From: a virus
Taxonomy: Duplodnaviria; Caudoviricetes
Strand: one strand, 5' to 3'
Length of the DNA stretch: 37,118 bases
Virus record (IMG/VR): IMGVR_UViG_3300044591_002261
Location: 1-37,118 of that record
The stretch's first letter is position 1, and each line of letters opens with the position of its first letter. Shown here one piece after another: positions 33,835-37,118 of the stretch. A model generated the notes under the pieces. The model ran no database searches. It worked only from the letters and a program-made list of their open reading frames with translations, and was not told where the DNA came from. The position numbers were made by a program, and so were the translations under genes.

Positions 33835-35166
33835 TTACTGGACCTCGGGTGGTGGCTCACTCGCCGGCTGCTGCTCCTCTGCAGGGGGCTCACCCGGCTG
33901 CGTCTCAACCTGTCCAGGCATCGGCAGCGGGTATCCCTTGCGCTCCGGGTCAGGCCGCAGCCCGGCGAGCGCGCGCCATTCGTCGTACGAAAACGCCTCC
34001 GGCATTCTGGACATCACCGCGAGCTGGTGGTCCCGGTCTGCCGGCACCGGGGAGTCGTACTCGAGGACGAGGTCGTTCCCGAACTGGGGCACGAGGCGGG
34101 CCTGCAGCTCCGTCCGCAAGAACTCCAGGCGCGGCAGCACGGCCTGCTCGGCGAGCAGCTCCCGCGCAGCGAACGCCGTCGCCCGGTTGGAGTTGCTGAT
34201 GTCTCCGACGATTTCCGGTGGCACCCGGTACACCTGCCGGACGAATTCCATGAGGAACTTCCGCAACTCGACGAACTGCATGTCCTTCAGCGAGGTATCG
34301 AGCCTTGCGAATGACGTCTTCCCGGAGGTAACGAGTAGCTTCCCGGCACGCTCCGGCCCACGGTGCTCGCGCTCCAGGCTTTCCTTGAACGCACGCACCG
34401 CCGGCGCGTTCGCGTCCGACAGCCCCTCGATAGAGACCACCGCGGCCGGCACGGCAGAGTTGTAGAAGAAATTCTTCGTGAAGCGCGCTGCATACTCGTC
34501 GCAGTCGAGCTCGTCCCCGAGCGCGAAGGCCGGTCCGATGCCACGGCCGAGCGGGTCGTCAGGGTCGAGCATCCGCAGGGCGACGACGTCCTTCACCGGG
34601 TACGTCTTGGAGCCGCCGCTACGCTGGATGGTGTAGGTCTGCTGGTCCCTCTCCTTCGTGAGGTCCGGGAGCGCAAGTACTGCGTTCGGCGGGACCGGCC
34701 ACGCACCGATGATGAGTCCCGTGACCGGCTCGCGCTCGAGCACCCAGTACGACTCGCCGACCAAGTCGAGATGCACCTGCGACAGCTTGAGGACCGCACG
34801 ACCGCTGAGGTGGTCGTTCGGGTCCATCAGCAGCGTTAGGAGCGGATGGTCGACCAGCTCCACGAGCTGCCCCTGCTCCTCGAGCGCCTTCATCCGGTCC
34901 GCCCGGGCTCGCTTGCTGCCGCTCCGGAACGAGTAGTCGCGGCGCCCGTTGGTGCCGGTCCGTCGGTACACCCTCCACTGAACATTCGCGACGTTGTCGG
35001 CGACCGCGTCCACGACGGTCCTTAGCCAGGGCATCTCCTTGTAAGCCCGGAGGAGCGCGTCAGCCCCCTTCCGTGGAGGCGCGCTCGTCCACTTGGACAC
35101 CTCGAGGCCTGTGCCTTCGCGCGGCTTGCCGCCAAACGCCCCACGGAAGTTTTCCCAGAATCCCAT
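33835..35166 (-). CDS. Portal protein (HK97-like)
   Basis: DHPLL.LL..PN, L.GESYW, RGIGP, FFYNSAVP, DMQFVE, YRVPP.IVG. Confidence 0.93.
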   Translation of the reverse strand: MGFWENFRGAFGGKPREGTGLEVSKWTSAPPRKGADALLRAYKEMPWLRTVVDAVADNVANVQWRVYRRTGTNGRRDYSFRSGSKRARADRMKALEEQGQLVELVDHPLLTLLMDPNDHLSGRAVLKLSQVHLDLVGESYWVLEREPVTGLIIGAWPVPPNAVLALPDLTKERDQQTYTIQRSGGSKTYPVKDVVALRMLDPDDPLGRGIGPAFALGDELDCDEYAARFTKNFFYNSAVPAAVVSIEGLSDANAPAVRAFKESLEREHRGPERAGKLLVTSGKTSFARLDTSLKDMQFVELRKFLMEFVRQVYRVPPEIVGDISNSNRATAFAARELLAEQAVLPRLEFLRTELQARLVPQFGNDLVLEYDSPVPADRDHQLAVMSRMPEAFSYDEWRALAGLRPDPERKGYPLPMPGQVETQPGEPPAEEQQPASEPPPEVQ

Positions 35167-35177
35167 TTGAATCCCTC

Positions 35178-36542
35178 TCAGAAGACCGCGAAGAACTGCT
35201 CAGAGAACACGAGCTCGTGAACACCCCAGTTCATCGCGTCGACGCGGTCGTCGCGCCGATCCGGGCGCCCCGTAAATGAGGCGAGCTGCCGCTCGAGTTT
35301 CGTGTGCTCTCCGACAAACTCGATCCGCCCCGTCTCCGCGAGTGCCGACACGGGCTCAGCCCGCTTCGACTTGTGCTCCTTCGCGCGCACGGGCCGCACG
35401 TTGACGACGACGCCCATCTCGCGCGCGACCGTTTCGACGAGCGTCGTCACCATCTCGCCGCCCGAGTTCAACTCGACGACGAGCGCGTCCGCGCCGAAGG
35501 CGAGGTACTCGTGAATCGCAGTAGACGCCCACTCCCGCGGCGACGCCTTCAGGCTCGCGTCCTTCAAAATCGAGACGCGCTTCAACCTGTCTTCGCCCAC
35601 GCGCGAGCCCTGTACGATGATGCCCGTTTCGTCCGCGCCCACGTCCGAGGTCGGCGCCGGGTCGACGGAGACAATGCGCCGGTCGAGCGTCTTCGCGTAC
35701 TCAAGCGGGTCCGCCTCAACGCGCCCCCAGCGGGCCGAGCCGAACAGGCTCCCCGGGACGTCCATAAGGAGCTGCCCGAGAACCTCTTGCTGTCCCCAGC
35801 GCGTCTCAGACATGGCGCGCATCGCGGCGACTGCGGAGGGCGCGAGGTTGGCCGCATTTGCCAGGGAGCTCCCGGTAATGCGGACGGTGTCCGGACGCTC
35901 GAGCAGCTCGGCGAGCTTGCGGATGGGACGAGGCGTCCCGGTCAGGAGCGTTTGAGGCGGCGCCTCGCGCGTGCCGAGTCGGTTGAACAGGGGAATCTGG
36001 TCGAGCGCCGCCATCTCGTAGCGCCACGACGCCGGCTCGTCTCCCCAGACCCATCCCGTATTCGGGCCGCGGAGGCGGTCGGGTTTGTCCGCAGAGTAGG
36101 CCACCGCGAAGACGCCGTTCGGCCACGTCAGGCGCCGCTTCGATGGCTCGTAGACCGGCATAAAATCCGGCGGGCTCAGGGCGAGGATGCCGGAGCTCCC
36201 CTTGATCATCGTGTCCCGCACGTCCGCCGCGGTCGGGCCAATGAGAGCGCCGGCCGCTTTCCCCTCGCGCGCTTTCGCGATTGCCCACCGTGCGCCTGCA
36301 AAGGTCTTCCCGAAGCCGCGGCCCGCGAGCATGACGCACCAGGTCCACGCGGTCGCCGGGGGCACCTGTTGCCGCCGCGCCCAGAAGTCCAAGTCGTACG
36401 CGAGCGCCGCGACCTCGTCGTCCGACAGGTCGTCAAAAAGCGCGCGCACCCCCTCGACCGAGCCCGCACGCCGGCAGAGGTATGCCGCCACAGAGTCCTC
36501 CGGCTCGAGCTGCTCGAGGAGCTCCCGCCACTCACCCCGCAT
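35178..36542 (-). CDS. terL: Terminase large subunit
   Basis: AGRGFGKT, LRGP..WGDE, TGTP, nuclease VDPA..DETGI and DDRVDA. Confidence 0.95.
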   Translation of the reverse strand: MRGEWRELLEQLEPEDSVAAYLCRRAGSVEGVRALFDDLSDDEVAALAYDLDFWARRQQVPPATAWTWCVMLAGRGFGKTFAGARWAIAKAREGKAAGALIGPTAADVRDTMIKGSSGILALSPPDFMPVYEPSKRRLTWPNGVFAVAYSADKPDRLRGPNTGWVWGDEPASWRYEMAALDQIPLFNRLGTREAPPQTLLTGTPRPIRKLAELLERPDTVRITGSSLANAANLAPSAVAAMRAMSETRWGQQEVLGQLLMDVPGSLFGSARWGRVEADPLEYAKTLDRRIVSVDPAPTSDVGADETGIIVQGSRVGEDRLKRVSILKDASLKASPREWASTAIHEYLAFGADALVVELNSGGEMVTTLVETVAREMGVVVNVRPVRAKEHKSKRAEPVSALAETGRIEFVGEHTKLERQLASFTGRPDRRDDRVDAMNWGVHELVFSEQFFAVF

Positions 36543-36981
36543 TGGGCGCCTCCGCGGGCGCGGCGGGCTTCTCCGATTGCACGACGGCGAGCCGCTCAAG
36601 TCGCGTCAGGAGGAGTTCCTTTAGCGACGCAGAGTTCGCCAGCACGCTAGAGGCGCTCGTCTCCTGCACGTTGTCGTGGCGTCCGTACAACGCAGGGAAG
36701 CGCCGCGACAGCAGCCACATGGTGATTTTCGGGTTCTGCGGCGCCGAGGCGTGAAGGCCGGCGAGCGCGTCCTCCTGGTACTGCGCTTCGGCCTCGTTGA
36801 CCGCGTCGTGGAACTCCCGAAAGCGGCCACGCTCGTCGCGAGCTCCGGTCGTGTACCACCGGCTGAACGTGCTCTCGTCGACGCGCACCCGTGCGGCCGC
36901 CGTCTTGCGATGCAGTCCCGCTCGCAAACACTGGCAAATCAGCTCTTGGATTTTTGGTGTCAGCTTCGAGGGGCGCGCCAC
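36532..36981 (-). CDS. terS: Terminase small subunit
   Basis: MARPSKLTP HTH N-terminus, WLLSRRFP..YGR; directly upstream of terL. Confidence 0.85.
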   Translation of the reverse strand: MARPSKLTPKIQELICQCLRAGLHRKTAAARVRVDESTFSRWYTTGARDERGRFREFHDAVNEAEAQYQEDALAGLHASAPQNPKITMWLLSRRFPALYGRHDNVQETSASSVLANSASLKELLLTRLERLAVVQSEKPAAPAEAPNAG

Positions 36982-36986
36982 ACCTC

Positions 36987-37013
36987 TAAATGTGTGCGGT
37001 TTCGCCCTGTGGC
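36987..37013 (-). promoter_or_regulatory. Phage motif copy 6
   Basis: GCCACagggcgaAACCGCACACATTTA, 5 nt before GTG 36981. Confidence 0.8.
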
Positions 37014-37118
37014 TTTGGGGAGCGGTTGGCGTTTGACCCCGAAATGCCTTAAAGATGCCGCTTTTGGCCTTTATTTGCCGCTAATACGTCAAAATTGCGG
37101 CAGAATTTGCCAAAACGG

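Noticed and set aside
1-37118. Very frequent CTCGAG hexamer as a signal
   Set aside because: Explained by CTC-GAG (Leu-Glu) codon preference; not counted and no positional pattern noticed

Overview
The window looks like a complete or near-complete temperate siphophage genome with high GC, in its excised form (attP intact). The host is probably a myxobacterium; this is an inference from GC content and from an integrase motif pattern I recall from myxobacteria. Two arms converge on an int/attP module at about 14.3-16.1 kb. The plus-strand arm holds replication genes: prim-pol/VapE primase-helicase, a Cas4-like PD-(D/E)XK nuclease, an SF2 helicase, a probable SSB, a family A DNA polymerase, a RuvC-like resolvase and many small Zn-finger/HTH genes. 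The minus-strand arm holds terminase, portal, protease, HK97-fold capsid, neck, tail and lysis genes. Main findings: (1) an apparent regulatory circuit without a recognisable CI/Cro pair, in which a 58-aa ribbon-helix-helix gene diverges from a phage sigma factor, and a 27-bp bipartite motif GCCAC-N7-AACCGCACACATTTA occurs six times, five of them 5-8 nt before start codons, suggesting leaderless phage-sigma promoters; (2) a tyrosine integrase with non-canonical catalytic residues, flanked by two convergent Xis paralogs around a tRNA-Leu(TAA)-derived attP; (3) a fibre cassette inserted in the neck genes, whose C-terminal domain is also fused to the tail terminator; (4) a PolA lacking the motif-B Tyr and carrying a Cys4 insertion; (5) a tail chaperone extension lying in the +1/-2 frame rather than the usual -1 frame. 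All calls come from motif reading by eye; no searches were run.
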